A stretch of 64,000 bases of DNA. Source: an uncultured delta proteobacterium. Its GTDB lineage: Bacteria; Desulfobacterota; RBG-13-43-22. The stretch lies in assembly GCA_963711835.1 (NCBI GenBank), contig CAVQFQ010000017.1, positions 672,001 through 736,000 of the forward strand, in the 5' to 3' direction. This document shows, piece after piece, positions 39,820-50,203 of the stretch; position 1 is the first letter of the stretch; the number at the start of each line of letters is the position of its first letter. Under the pieces are notes generated by a model. That model was not told where the DNA came from, ran no database searches, and saw nothing but the letters and a program-made list of their open reading frames with translations. The position numbers and the translations under genes were made by a program.

Positions 39820-42800
39820 ATGAAAGGTTTATTTCCCTTAAGGAAACGGGTTTTCTCTCCCTTTTCCCAAGTTCTCTCTCTCTTCCTTTTTCTTTTCTCC
39901 CTTGTTTTTTTCTCTCCATCAACCGGTTTTTCAGCCCAGGTCTCATTAGCCTGGGACCCCAATACCGAACCCAATCTGGCCAGGTATAAACTCCAATACG
40001 GGACTTCTTCAAGGAACTACAACCAAATCATAGATACCGGGCTTAATGTGACTCGGACCGTAACCAATTTAAACGACGGGTTAACCTATTATTTTGCAGT
40101 TACGGCTGAAAATACTGAAGGCGCCAGCAGTGCTTACTCCAATGAGGTGACTTTTTCAGCGCCGGCCCAGACTACCTATAGTTTGACCATTTCCAAAAAC
40201 GGGACCGGAACCGGGACGGTTTCGAATAATCCTTCCGGTACCACCTTCAATGCCGGCACGGCAGTCACTTTGACGGCCACTCCGGATGCCAGCTCGGTCT
40301 TTGGGAGCTGGTCAGGAGGTGGCTGCAGCGGGACAAGCCCGACCTGCACGGTGACCATGAGCGCCAATACTTCGGTAACGGCCACCTTTACTGTCAAGAC
40401 CTTTACTGTTACTGCCGGCTCCGTGACCAATGGGACCATCAGTCCTTCAGGGGCAACGACGGTCAATTACGGCGCCAGCCGGACCTATACGATTACCCCT
40501 GCCGCGGGCTACGGTGTGACCGGCGTAACGGTGGACGGCAGTTCCGTGGGGGCGGTAAGCAGTTACACCTTCAGCAATGTCACGGCCAACCATGCCATCT
40601 CAGCCTACTTTTGCGGCCAATACCTATACCTTGACCATTTCCAAAAATGGGACCGGAACCGGGACGGTAACCAATAATCCTTCCGGTACCACCTTCAATG
40701 CCGGCACGGCAGTGACTTTGACGGCCACTCCGGATGCCAGCTCGGTCTTTGGAGGCTGGTCGGGAGGTGGCTGCAGCGGGACCAGTCCGACCTGCACGGT
40801 GACCATGAACGCCAACACCTCGGTAACGGCCACCTTTACTGTCAAGACCTTTACTGTTACTGCCGGCTCCGTGACCAATGGGACCATTAGTCCTTCAGGG
40901 GCAACGACGGTCAATTACGGCGCCAGCCGGACCTATACGATTACCCCTGCCGCGGGCTACGGTGTGACCGGCGTAACGGTGGACGGCAGTTCCGTGGGGG
41001 CGGTAAGCAGTTACACCTTCAGCAATGTCACGGCCAACCATGGCATCTCAGCCACTTTTGCGGCCAACACCTATACCCTGACCATCAACAAAGCCGGAAA
41101 TGGGAACGGCACGGTAACCAATAACCTTTCCGGATCGAATGTCATCAGCGGAACCGTGGTCTCTCTTACGGCCCTGCCCGATTCCAGCTCGGTATTTGGG
41201 GGCTGGTCCGGAGCCTGCAGCGGGACCAGCCAGACCTGCACCGTGACCATGAGCGCCAATGCCTCGGTAACGGCCACCTTCCTGCTGGAGACCAACAAGC
41301 CCGTATCTTCAATCAGCCAGCCCACCGGCGGTGCCACCATCCCCAAATCAACCTACACCATTAAAGGTACGGCCGACGATCGGAGTGGCTCGGGAATTCA
41401 GAAAGTTGAAGTCTCCCTTGACAATGGGCAAACCTGGAAACCGGCTTCAGGGACAGGCTCCTGGAGCTATGGCTGGCAGATTCCGGCAGCCGGCACGTAT
41501 CTCTTAAAAAGCCGGGCAACGGATCTGGTGGGGAACAGGGAAGACCCGGCGGCCGGAGTCAGTGTTACGGTCTTATCCTATCAGCCCACGCCAGTGCAGG
41601 TCAGCGGCCGGCAGTTGCTGGTAAAAGGGACTCCGTTTACAGTAAAAGGGGTGGTTTATTCCCCGACACCCGTAGGGGATGACCCCTCATCGGATTCTCC
41701 GTACGGAGATTATTTCACGACTAATTTCAGTGCGATTCATGACCGCGACCTCCCGGTCCTCCGGGAACTGGGTGCCAATGCCCTCCGATTGCCTTATTGG
41801 GATAATGCGGCCGATCACCATCAATTCCTGGATAAGGCCTATAATGGCGGGATCAATCCGATCTATGTCATCGCGGGCTACTGGATCGACAAAGGACTTG
41901 AACTCGATCCTCAATCCACATCGAATGTCCGGGAACACATCAAATCCGATTTCAGGCAGATGGTGGCCCTGCATAAGGACCATCCGGCCATCCTGATGTG
42001 GTCGATCGGCAGCGACCTGAATGATGCCGGGGCCTATGCGACGGCTGAATTACCCCATCTCTTCAGCCTGATGGATGAAATGGCTTTCGAGGTCCGGACC
42101 GAGGAAGGACCGAATTTCCATCCCGTGACGACGGCCTTAAATGATCAGGATCTGATCAATACCATAAGCGCTTTTGAGGGTTCCGTTCCCAACTTGGGTT
42201 TGTGGGGAGCCAATGTTTACCGGGGAAACACCTTCGGGTCCCTCTTCGCCGATTTCGAACGAGCCAGTCAAAAGCCCTTGATCATCCTGGAATACGGTAT
42301 CGATGCCTATGACCATACCAGGCGAACTGAATATGAATCCTTTCAGGCCGATTACGCCGAGCGCCTCTGGAAGGAGATTAAGGCCAATTCCCAAGTCTGC
42401 CCGGGCGGTTCGATCAGGGAGTATTCCGACCAATGGTGGAAGGGCGCTTATTTCCCGGATGCGACTTGCACCCCGGATAATAATCCCGCCGGACAAGGGG
42501 CCTGCGGTTATGCTTCAATTGCTCAGCCGGATGGATTTGCCGATGAAGAATGGTGGGGATTAGTCAGAATGGTCCCCAGGGATTCGGGCCTGGACGGGAT
42601 TGAACCACGGGCGGCTTATTCACGCCTTCAGCAGTTATGGCGTTCGGCAAGCCTTGATCTCATTTCCCCCAACGGCGGTCAAAGCCTGAGAGTCGGACGC
42701 TTCCAGTCCATCCGCTGGAATTACAGCGGAACTATCGGGTCATTGATTAAAATCGAACTTCTGAAGAAGGGGACAGTCTATCGAACCATTGCTCAAAAAG

Positions 42801-42952
42801 CCTCCATAGGAAGCAATGGCAGCGGTTCATTTACCTGGTTTGTTCCCTTCTGGATTAAAACCGGATCGGATTATCAAATCCGAATTACCAGTGTTGATAA
42901 CAGCCAATATAAAGATACCAGTGATTCCACCTTCACCATTACAAACCGCTAA
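39820..42952 (+). CDS. Large secreted multidomain protein (FN3, InlB-B-like beta repeats, Ig-like domain, clan GH-A TIM barrel, C-terminal SPNGG Ig domain); apparent +1 frameshift near 40606
   Basis: Signal peptide, LAWDPN...YYFAVTA...SAYSNE (FN3), repeated VTLTATPD..F..WSG..C...CTVTM, KGVVYSP/NVYRG/ILEYG/SDQWWK/EEWWGL; ORFs 39766..40677 and 40577..42952 join. Confidence 0.8.
40174..41290 (+). repeat. Internal tandem duplication: two near-identical 447/448-bp units and a diverged partial third
   Basis: Units start with ACCTATA at 40174, 40622 and 41069. Confidence 0.9.
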
Positions 42953-43033
42953 AACCGGTTGGAGGACTAATCGTAAAAGGATTTAACCACCATCCCCTTA
43001 GCGTCATAAGGGAGAAGGGGAACCGAGAGGAAG

Positions 43034-43080
43034 ATACCCATCAAGAATCCCGCTGAGACGGGGTTCTTGATGGGTATTTC
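43034..43080. terminator. Long hairpin, probable bidirectional terminator
   Basis: ATACCCATCAAGAATCCCG/CGGGGTTCTTGATGGGTAT between convergent genes. Confidence 0.7.
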
Positions 43081-43124
43081 GAAGAATTAATCAACTCCCA
43101 AGGTGCTTTAGGACAGAGCAGGTC

Positions 43125-43271
43125 TTAGTCCAACCCCAACTCCTTTTCTATCTTCCTGATCAGCCTCTCCAATTCGACCTTTTCTTCAACTTTTAATTTC
43201 CCATCAGCCAAACGCCTCTTTAAGGCCAGCAGTTGCTGGGCCGATCGGTACTCGGTGCAGGATTCGACCAT
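43125..43271 (-). CDS. Small 48-aa helical hypothetical protein (below ORF-track cutoff)
   Basis: MVESCTEYRSAQQLLALKRRLADGKLKVEEKVELERLIRKIEKELGLD*; GAAGGGA upstream; terminator downstream. Confidence 0.6.
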   Translation of the reverse strand: MVESCTEYRSAQQLLALKRRLADGKLKVEEKVELERLIRKIEKELGLD

Positions 43272-43549
43272 AATCTTTATCCCTTCATGGCATCTAAAAG
43301 AGTGTGAAGTGATTTCTTTCCTTTTATCGCATTATAATATGACCGGGCAAGTTAGATCAAGTCCGGGCCGGCCGGAAGGGGCACTTTCAAAATGGTTGAC
43401 AAGGAAGGAACTATTGGATTATAATCGATTTTAGAAGGAAAAGCCGAAAGGGAAATAGAAGCGGCGGCTGTTTGCACACAATTACGATTATAATTTTCTC
43501 CTCTCGTATAGCCTCGATCAACAATTAGAAAAAGATTGGGAGGTGTATC

Positions 43550-44452
43550 ATGGTCATAAAGGATTTTTCCGGGTGTCATATCCCGTTTGTGACCCCTTTC
43601 AAGGACGATTATTCCCTGGATGTGGAAGGTCTTCGCCGGTTGATCAACTATCTTATTGAAGAAGAAAAGGTGGACGGTTTGGTCCCCTGCGGAACCACCG
43701 GAGAATCTCCCACCCTGGATCATAAAGAACACAACCTGGTCATCGAAATCACGGTCAAGGAGGCCAGGGGGCGGGTGCCGGTGATTGCCGGAACCGGCTC
43801 CAACAGCACCCAGGAAGCCATCATGATGACCAAGCATGCCGAAGAAATTGGGGCCGATGCTACCCTGCAAGTCGGTCCTTATTATAATAAACCGACTATG
43901 GACGGCATGCTGGCCCATTTCGAAGCCATAGCCAAGAACACCCAACTCCCGATCTTTATTTATAACATTCCCGGACGAACCGGACGCAATATCGATCCCC
44001 AAACCATAATCAGGTTGTCGGAAATCGATAATATCATCGGGCTTAAAGACGCCTGCGGGGATATTACCCAGACCATGGAGATCATCGCCGGCACCAAACG
44101 AAAAGGGAAAACATTTTTCGTTTTATCCGGGGAGGATTCCCTGACCTATCCCTTAATGGCCTTGGGAGGGGACGGGGTTATCTGTGCCGTAGGCAATGTC
44201 ATCGGCAAAGAATACGCCCAAATGTGCCGGCTGATGAAGCAGGGGAGGTGGGACGAAGCCCGGGATATCCATTACCAGACCCTGCCTTTGGTTAAGGCCC
44301 TCTTCATTGAAACCAACCCGGTGCCGGTAAAGGAAGCCATGCAGATGATGGGGCTTCCCTCCGGTCCCCCGCGCTTGCCTTTAGTGCCTATGAAACCGGC
44401 CAACAGGGAAAAAGTGCGCCAGGAACTGATTGCCGTGGGCAGGCTAAGATAG
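43550..44452 (+). CDS. dapA: 4-hydroxy-tetrahydrodipicolinate synthase
   Basis: GTTGES, PYYNKP, YNIPGRTG, GLKDA, ETNPVPVK. Confidence 0.95.
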   Translation: MVIKDFSGCHIPFVTPFKDDYSLDVEGLRRLINYLIEEEKVDGLVPCGTTGESPTLDHKEHNLVIEITVKEARGRVPVIAGTGSNSTQEAIMMTKHAEEIGADATLQVGPYYNKPTMDGMLAHFEAIAKNTQLPIFIYNIPGRTGRNIDPQTIIRLSEIDNIIGLKDACGDITQTMEIIAGTKRKGKTFFVLSGEDSLTYPLMALGGDGVICAVGNVIGKEYAQMCRLMKQGRWDEARDIHYQTLPLVKALFIETNPVPVKEAMQMMGLPSGPPRLPLVPMKPANREKVRQELIAVGRLR

Positions 44453-44553
44453 CTTATAGCCGATAACTCAAAGCTCATAGCAAAAGCTGATAACAATCGT
44501 AAGGCGTAAGGCGCGAGGCGTAACGCTCATAGCGGATAGCTCGCAGGTGATAG
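44451..44553. repeat. Intergenic heptamer repeats (AGCTSAT-type and CGTAAGG-type)
   Basis: AGCTTAT AGCCGAT AACTCAA AGCTCAT ... CGTAAGG CGTAAGG CGCGAGG CGTAACG CTCATAG CGGATAG. Confidence 0.65.
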
Positions 44554-44621
44554 TCATTAAGGAAATATAGTGCTTTTGTTTTAGGATCTTAATGAATCGC
44601 TATAAGGAGAAAGATAAGGAA

Positions 44622-45536
44622 ATGGAAAAAGGGAAAAAGATCTGGTTGGACGGAAAATTTGTTCCTTGGGACAAGGCCCAGGTTCACATATTGACCCACA
44701 GCCTGCACTACGGTCTGGGGGTCTTTGAAGGGATCCGCTGCTACCGTTGCAGCGATGGGCGGTCGGCGGTATTTCGACTGGAGGAACATGTGGAAAGGCT
44801 CTTCAATTCCGCCCATGCCATGCAGCTTAAGATCCCTTTCACCCGAAAACAAATCATGGAGGCTTGCTGCCAGACCCTTAAAGTGAACGACATGAAGGAG
44901 GGCTATATCCGGCCTCTGGTCTTTATCGGCGACGGTGCCATGGGGGTTCATCCTAAGGATAATCCGATCCGCCTGTCCATTATCGCCTGGAAGTGGGGTG
45001 CCTATCTGGGCGACGAAGGACTCAAAAAAGGGATTCGGGCCAAAGTCTCCTCATACACCCGCCATCATGTCAATGTCATGATGACCAAGACCAAGACCTG
45101 CGGAAATTATGTCAACTCCATCCTGGCCAAGAGAGAGGTGACCCGGGACGGTTATGACGAGGCCGTTATGTTGGACACGGAAGGCTATGTCTCCGAAGCC
45201 AGCGGCGAGAATATCTTCATCGTCCAGAAAGGAAAGATCAAGACACCGCCCTTGACTTCCATCCTGCCCGGGATTACCCGGGATTCCGTGTTGACCATCG
45301 CCCGAGATCAAGGGTTGGAGGTAAAGGAGGAGCGCTTCACCCGGGACGAACTCTACCTGGGCGATGAGGCCTTTTTCTCCGGGACGGCGGCCGAGATCAC
45401 CCCGATCAGGGAAGTGGACAACCGGACCATCGGCCTGGGCCGTCCAGGACCTATCACTTTGAAAATTCAAGGTATTTTCTTCAAGGCGGTCAAGGGCGAC
45501 GAAGACCGCTACCGGGCCTGGTTGACCACCATTTAA
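44622..45536 (+). CDS. ilvE: Branched-chain amino acid aminotransferase
   Basis: [43 protein letters not shown]. Confidence 0.95.
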   Translation: MEKGKKIWLDGKFVPWDKAQVHILTHSLHYGLGVFEGIRCYRCSDGRSAVFRLEEHVERLFNSAHAMQLKIPFTRKQIMEACCQTLKVNDMKEGYIRPLVFIGDGAMGVHPKDNPIRLSIIAWKWGAYLGDEGLKKGIRAKVSSYTRHHVNVMMTKTKTCGNYVNSILAKREVTRDGYDEAVMLDTEGYVSEASGENIFIVQKGKIKTPPLTSILPGITRDSVLTIARDQGLEVKEERFTRDELYLGDEAFFSGTAAEITPIREVDNRTIGLGRPGPITLKIQGIFFKAVKGDEDRYRAWLTTI

Positions 45537-45564
45537 TTCAAAGACCCTAAAAACAGTCTGATTC

Positions 45565-45604
45565 AGGGGGCTTAGGAAGATCCCTTTCTAAGCCCCCTTT
45601 TTTT
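45565..45604 (+). terminator. Intrinsic terminator after ilvE
   Basis: AGGGGGCTTAG/CTAAGCCCCCT stem plus T tract. Confidence 0.8.
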
Positions 45605-45610
45605 CTTGAC

Positions 45611-45657
45611 ATACCATATCTGGTATCCTACTCTCCCATAGATACAATATAAAGGAT
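45611..45657 (+). promoter_or_regulatory. Tandem NrdR boxes upstream of nrdD
   Basis: ATACCATATCTGGTAT (45611-45626) and ATACAATATAAAGGAT (45642-45657), 31 bp apart, beside a TTGACA -35. Confidence 0.8.
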
Positions 45658-45690
45658 TATAAATGACGGCTTGAAAAGGAGGATTTCGGG

Positions 45691-47829
45691 ATGGGCGCTG
45701 TCGTTGAATTGCAGCCGGAACCCGCCGGATCCGAAGTGAAGGAAACAACGGACCTGGCCCTTTTTGTTCGAACCTCCAGCGAAGATGTGGTGACCTGGGA
45801 CCGCCAGAGGATTGTCGAGGCCCTGGTACGGGAAACCTTTGTGGATCTGGATACGGCTGAAGCCATCAGCAAGGAAGTGGAGGAGTTTATCTTTTCCACC
45901 AAGATCTCCATGGTCACGGCCCCCCTGATCCGCGAACTGGTAGACTCCAAACTGATCGAGCGGGGCCTGGAAAAGGCCCGGATCATGCATACCCGCCTGG
46001 GAGTCCCCCTGTATGATGTGGATCAGATGATCGTTCATCCCAATAAGGAAAATGCCAATGTCCCCCATGGTCCGGAGGCTACCAACCTGACCCTGGCCGA
46101 AGGGATCAAAAAGGAATATGCCCTGCTGAGTGTTTTTTCCCCCCAGGTAGCGGATGCCCATATGCGGGGAGACATCCACCTGCACGACTTGGGCTTTATC
46201 GATCGCCCTTATTGCTCAGGGCAGTCGCTGGAATATATTAAAAAATTTGGGTTAAACCTGCCTAACGCCCTTTCTATGGCCAGGCCGGCCAAGCACCCCG
46301 AGGTCTTGCTGGCCCATATGGTAAAATTTGCTGCAGCCCTGCAGAGCCATTTTGCCGGGGCCATCGGCTGGGATGCCCTAAACCTCTTTTTTGCCCCTTA
46401 TCTGGAAGGGTTATCGGACCGAGATATCAAACAACTGGCTCAGATGTTGATTTTTGAGTTTTCTCAACAGGCCGTGGCCCGAGGCGGGCAGGCCATTTTC
46501 ACCGATATCAACCTCTACTGGGAGATACCCAGTCATTTTGAAGGGGTGCCGGCCATAGGACCCGGGGGCCAATACACCGGAAAAACGTATGAAGAATATC
46601 TTCCCCTGGCTCAAAAATTCGTCTGGCTTCTTTTTGAGGTCTTCAAGGAGGGGGACGGCGCCGGCCGCCCCTTCTTCTTTCCCAAACCCCTGGTTCATAT
46701 TACGGAAAAATTCTTCAAGACCGAAGGGCATAAGGAATTTTTAAACCACATTTGCGAAGTCGCCGCGGTAAAGGGCAATACTTATTTTGTCTTTGACCGG
46801 GGTCAAACGGCCAAGATCTCGGAGTGCTGCCGCTTAAGTTTTAAACTGGAGGCCCAGGACCTTCAGGATGCCAAGGAACCCTGGCGGATGCGTTATTGTG
46901 CCCTGCAAAATGTGACCGTCAATCTGCCGCGGCTGGCTTATGGGGCTGAGGGCAACGACACCAATCTTTTTGCCAGGCTGGTCGAGACCCTGGAATTGGC
47001 GGTGGAGGCCCATCTCCAAAAGAGGGCCTTTATTATCAAACTCCTTTCTTTGGGGGAAAAGGGTCCCCTGGCCCTGCTGACCATGAATAAGGATGGAACG
47101 CCCTACCTGCGCCTGGAGCGGGCTACCTATTTAATCGGCATGGTCGGCTTAAACGAACTGGTTCAATACCATACCGGGGAAGAGCTTCATAGTTCCGACC
47201 GGGCCATCAAATTCGGGCTTAAGGTCATTGCCTATATGAAACTTCTGGCCGAGCGCTTTAGCCAGAAATACGGCATGCGTTTCGTACTGGAGCAGACCCC
47301 GGCCGAGAGTACGGCCTACCGCTTTGCCAAACTGGACCTTAAAAAATATCCCGATCAGGCTCAAAAAGTGGTCAAGGGCTTGAGGAACCGGGGCGAGGTC
47401 TATTATACCAATTCCACCCTTTTTAATGTCTCCGTGCCCATCAACCCTATCGAGCGGGTCCGTTTGGAGGGTCTTTTCCATCCCCTGATTGAGGCCGGAG
47501 CCTTGACCCACATCTGGATCGGTGAGTCCAGACCCGACCAAGAATCGTTGGCCAATTTCATCCTTAAAACCTTCCGGATGACCAAAAACGATCAGATCAC
47601 GTTTTCTCCTGAGTTTACCTCTTGCCGGGCCTGCGGGCAGACCTCCCGGGGGCTCCTGGAGGCCTGTTCTTTCTGCAACTCTTCGGATGTGGATGGGATC
47701 ACCCGAATTACCGGCTATTTTACGAAAATATCGGGCTGGAACAAGGGCAAGATCGGGGAACTCAGAGACCGTTTCAGAAATCCGCAGTTTTTTAAAAGCA
47801 GCAGTCAGCTGACAGCTGATGGCGCCTAG
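45691..47829 (+). CDS. nrdD: Anaerobic (class III) ribonucleoside-triphosphate reductase
   Basis: GDIHLHD, CCRL finger loop, TPAES, YYTNS, CxxC...CxxC, RITGY glycyl-radical loop. Confidence 0.95.
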   Translation: MGAVVELQPEPAGSEVKETTDLALFVRTSSEDVVTWDRQRIVEALVRETFVDLDTAEAISKEVEEFIFSTKISMVTAPLIRELVDSKLIERGLEKARIMHTRLGVPLYDVDQMIVHPNKENANVPHGPEATNLTLAEGIKKEYALLSVFSPQVADAHMRGDIHLHDLGFIDRPYCSGQSLEYIKKFGLNLPNALSMARPAKHPEVLLAHMVKFAAALQSHFAGAIGWDALNLFFAPYLEGLSDRDIKQLAQMLIFEFSQQAVARGGQAIFTDINLYWEIPSHFEGVPAIGPGGQYTGKTYEEYLPLAQKFVWLLFEVFKEGDGAGRPFFFPKPLVHITEKFFKTEGHKEFLNHICEVAAVKGNTYFVFDRGQTAKISECCRLSFKLEAQDLQDAKEPWRMRYCALQNVTVNLPRLAYGAEGNDTNLFARLVETLELAVEAHLQKRAFIIKLLSLGEKGPLALLTMNKDGTPYLRLERATYLIGMVGLNELVQYHTGEELHSSDRAIKFGLKVIAYMKLLAERFSQKYGMRFVLEQTPAESTAYRFAKLDLKKYPDQAQKVVKGLRNRGEVYYTNSTLFNVSVPINPIERVRLEGLFHPLIEAGALTHIWIGESRPDQESLANFILKTFRMTKNDQITFSPEFTSCRACGQTSRGLLEACSFCNSSDVDGITRITGYFTKISGWNKGKIGELRDRFRNPQFFKSSSQLTADGA

Positions 47830-47878
47830 TTCGGAGCTCATAGGAAAGCCCGCAGCGAACTAACTAAGGAGGAAGGGC

Positions 47879-48127
47879 ATGACGCTATTTACCAAAACGG
47901 ACTGCCAGAAGTGCCACTATATCAAGGCGCATTTTGACCTTTCCACCCTGGGAATCCAAGAAGAGGTTCTGGGTGAGGATAACCCGCAAGCCCTGGCCCA
48001 CCTGGCCTGGCATGAACTGGTGGAGGTGGCCCAGAAGGAATTGCCTATTTTGGTCTTGGACGACTGCTCGGCTGTTGTGGGGGCCCTCTCGATCAAGAAA
48101 TATTTAAGCGGCCACCGTGGACATTAA
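47879..48127 (+). CDS. Glutaredoxin/NrdH-like redoxin
   Basis: LFTKTDCQKC (CxxC), LPILV; AAGGAGG RBS; between nrdD and nrdG. Confidence 0.7.
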   Translation: MTLFTKTDCQKCHYIKAHFDLSTLGIQEEVLGEDNPQALAHLAWHELVEVAQKELPILVLDDCSAVVGALSIKKYLSGHRGH

Positions 48128-48764
48128 AGGCTTTATCGAAGTCTCTTTCGTGGATTGGCCGGGGAAGATTTGCGCCGTCCTCTTTTTGCCCCACTGCAAT
48201 CTGCGTTGCCCTTTCTGTCACAATCACGAGTTGGTCCTTGAACCGGAGCAGTTTCAGTCCATTCCTTGGGAGGTCATTCAGAAAAAATTGCAGTCCCTTA
48301 AAGGCTGGTTGGACGGGGTTTGTGTTACCGGGGGAGAGCCGACCATTCATCCCGATCTGCCTGAACTGGTGAAAAAAATCCGTGATCTGGGGTTTCCGGT
48401 CAAGCTGGATACCAATGGAACCCGTCCCGAGGTCCTGGAATCGCTTCTGACTGAGAAGTTGATTGATTATCTGGCCATTGATATCAAGGGTCCCTTTGAA
48501 GAGGAAACGTATGATCGATGCACTGGCGCCCATGTTCCCTTGAAGGCCATCCAGGAATCCATGGCCTTTATCAACTCCGGTCAGGTGAGGGGGGAATTGA
48601 GAACCACCGTGGTTCCCCAATTTCATACCTCGGCCGTTTTGGCCAGAATGGCTCAAGAGTTACGTCAAGCCCCTAAGTGGAGACAACAGGAATTCAATCC
48701 CGCCCAAACGTTGGACCCGACCTTCCGAGACCCGATTTCGGTAGGCCACGAGTCGTTCCGTTAG
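48117..48764 (+). CDS. nrdG: Class III RNR activating radical SAM enzyme
   Basis: CNLRCPFCHN, TGGEPT, KLDTNG, ELRTT. Confidence 0.9.
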   Translation: MDIKGFIEVSFVDWPGKICAVLFLPHCNLRCPFCHNHELVLEPEQFQSIPWEVIQKKLQSLKGWLDGVCVTGGEPTIHPDLPELVKKIRDLGFPVKLDTNGTRPEVLESLLTEKLIDYLAIDIKGPFEEETYDRCTGAHVPLKAIQESMAFINSGQVRGELRTTVVPQFHTSAVLARMAQELRQAPKWRQQEFNPAQTLDPTFRDPISVGHESFR

Positions 48765-48927
48765 TCGTAATTGCATGCTTAGACTTGTGCCAGTGGCAAA
48801 AAAGAGTTAAACCTGTGAGCCCGGCACGCGAGGGTCGGCGGAAAAGGACCTTGGGTTATTCGTTTTTGCTTATAACCTCAAGTTTCCGCCTTGCGGGGAC
48901 GATCCACTAAGCTAATACGAGCAGGTT

Positions 48928-49596
48928 TTAAAGAATCAATTCCAGCAGGGCGCCGATTTCCGGGATTATCAAATCCGGGCCGACGGCCCTCATTTCGGCT
49001 TCGCCGGTGCGGCCGCTTAAAACCCCGATGGTAAAGACTCCTGCCTTTTTGCCTGAAACCATATCGATGGGATGGTCTCCCACCATGACGGTCTGCTCCG
49101 GTAAAAGGCACAATCCTTCCATAGCCTGCCTTAAATGCCCCGGATCGGGTTTGGGGCGCTTTACCTTTTCCCGCGGTAAAAAGAGATCCACATAATCATC
49201 CAGGTCCGGGAAAACCCGGTAAACAGAGCTTTCTGAGTTTCTGGTCAGGATGGCCACCCTGCGTTTTTTCTCCCGTAACTTCCTGAGGAGCGGGGCGGTA
49301 GAGGAAAAAAGGTTTTCCGGAAGGGCGGCTTCCCATTCCCTTTTTTCAATTAATTGCCGGGCCATCGTGTAAAAGATCTCTGCGGCAGCCGGATGGGAAC
49401 AGGCAAGCTGTTCCTGGAAGGCCCGGGTACATTCGAGGAGGTAGGGAGGATCGGGGAGAACCGGTTCCCATAAGCCGTGGCTCCGGGCCAAAGAGAGGAT
49501 TTCCTTTCGGATGGCCTGGAAGTCGATATTCAATCGGGCCAGGGTTCCGTCAAAATCAAATAAAAAAGCCTTCAATTCGGCAAATTGAAAAACCAT
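48928..49596 (-). CDS. HAD-superfamily hydrolase
   Basis: FDFDGTL, LTRN, KPDP, VGDHPID. Confidence 0.88.
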   Translation of the reverse strand: MVFQFAELKAFLFDFDGTLARLNIDFQAIRKEILSLARSHGLWEPVLPDPPYLLECTRAFQEQLACSHPAAAEIFYTMARQLIEKREWEAALPENLFSSTAPLLRKLREKKRRVAILTRNSESSVYRVFPDLDDYVDLFLPREKVKRPKPDPGHLRQAMEGLCLLPEQTVMVGDHPIDMVSGKKAGVFTIGVLSGRTGEAEMRAVGPDLIIPEIGALLELIL

Positions 49597-49801
49597 GATT
49601 ATGAAACGATCCATCAAAAGAAGCAAAAAGTCAATGGGTCCGTAGGGCAGCCCGACAACCCTTCTTTACTGCAGCCGTTCCGGACCGCAACACTCCGGCA
49701 CTAATTTGGGAATCACTATAGCGTTGCTTTTGTCCTGAGAAAGTGATAAGTTAAAGCCCACCATCAGGTTGTTAAGATTCTGGAGAAAGGAGGATGTTCT
49801 C

Positions 49802-50203
49802 TTGGAATGGATCGGCTGGGGATTTTTGGTCATTGCGGCATTGGTGGCGGTTTTCCTGATTCGCACCTTAATTCAGGTGTCCAGGACCGTGCGGACGGCT
49901 GAGGGATTATTAAAATCCCTGGGGGCGGAGGTGACCCCTTTGGTTCGAAATCTGAAAGAGACCTCCGACCATCTCAATCGTTTGCTTCAACAGGCCCAGG
50001 AACGGTTGAATCAAATTGAGGCCCTTTTCCAGACCTTAAAGGAATCCGCTCAAACGGTTTCTACGATTAACCGTATCCTTCGGGGCGGGATAACTTCTAC
50101 ATTACTGAACGTAGCGGGGTTGGCGGTAGGGGTAAAAACCGCCGGCCAAACTCTATTTAAAAGCATCGGAAAAGGAGGAAGTGATCATGGCAGAAGAAAG
50201 TAA
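49802..50203 (+). CDS. DUF948/YoxC-like membrane-anchored coiled-coil protein
   Basis: N-terminal TM plus coiled coil; upstream of YtxH-like gene; probable TTG start after AGGAGG. Confidence 0.65.
   Translation: MEWIGWGFLVIAALVAVFLIRTLIQVSRTVRTAEGLLKSLGAEVTPLVRNLKETSDHLNRLLQQAQERLNQIEALFQTLKESAQTVSTINRILRGGITSTLLNVAGLAVGVKTAGQTLFKSIGKGGSDHGRRK

Noticed and set aside
39387-39974. 195-aa minus-strand ORF
   Set aside because: Overlaps the riboswitch, promoter and signal-peptide region of the plus-strand gene; no protein features
48700-48764. Possible truncation or frameshift at the nrdG C-terminus
   Set aside because: All core motifs are present and I could not find a convincing alternative-frame continuation
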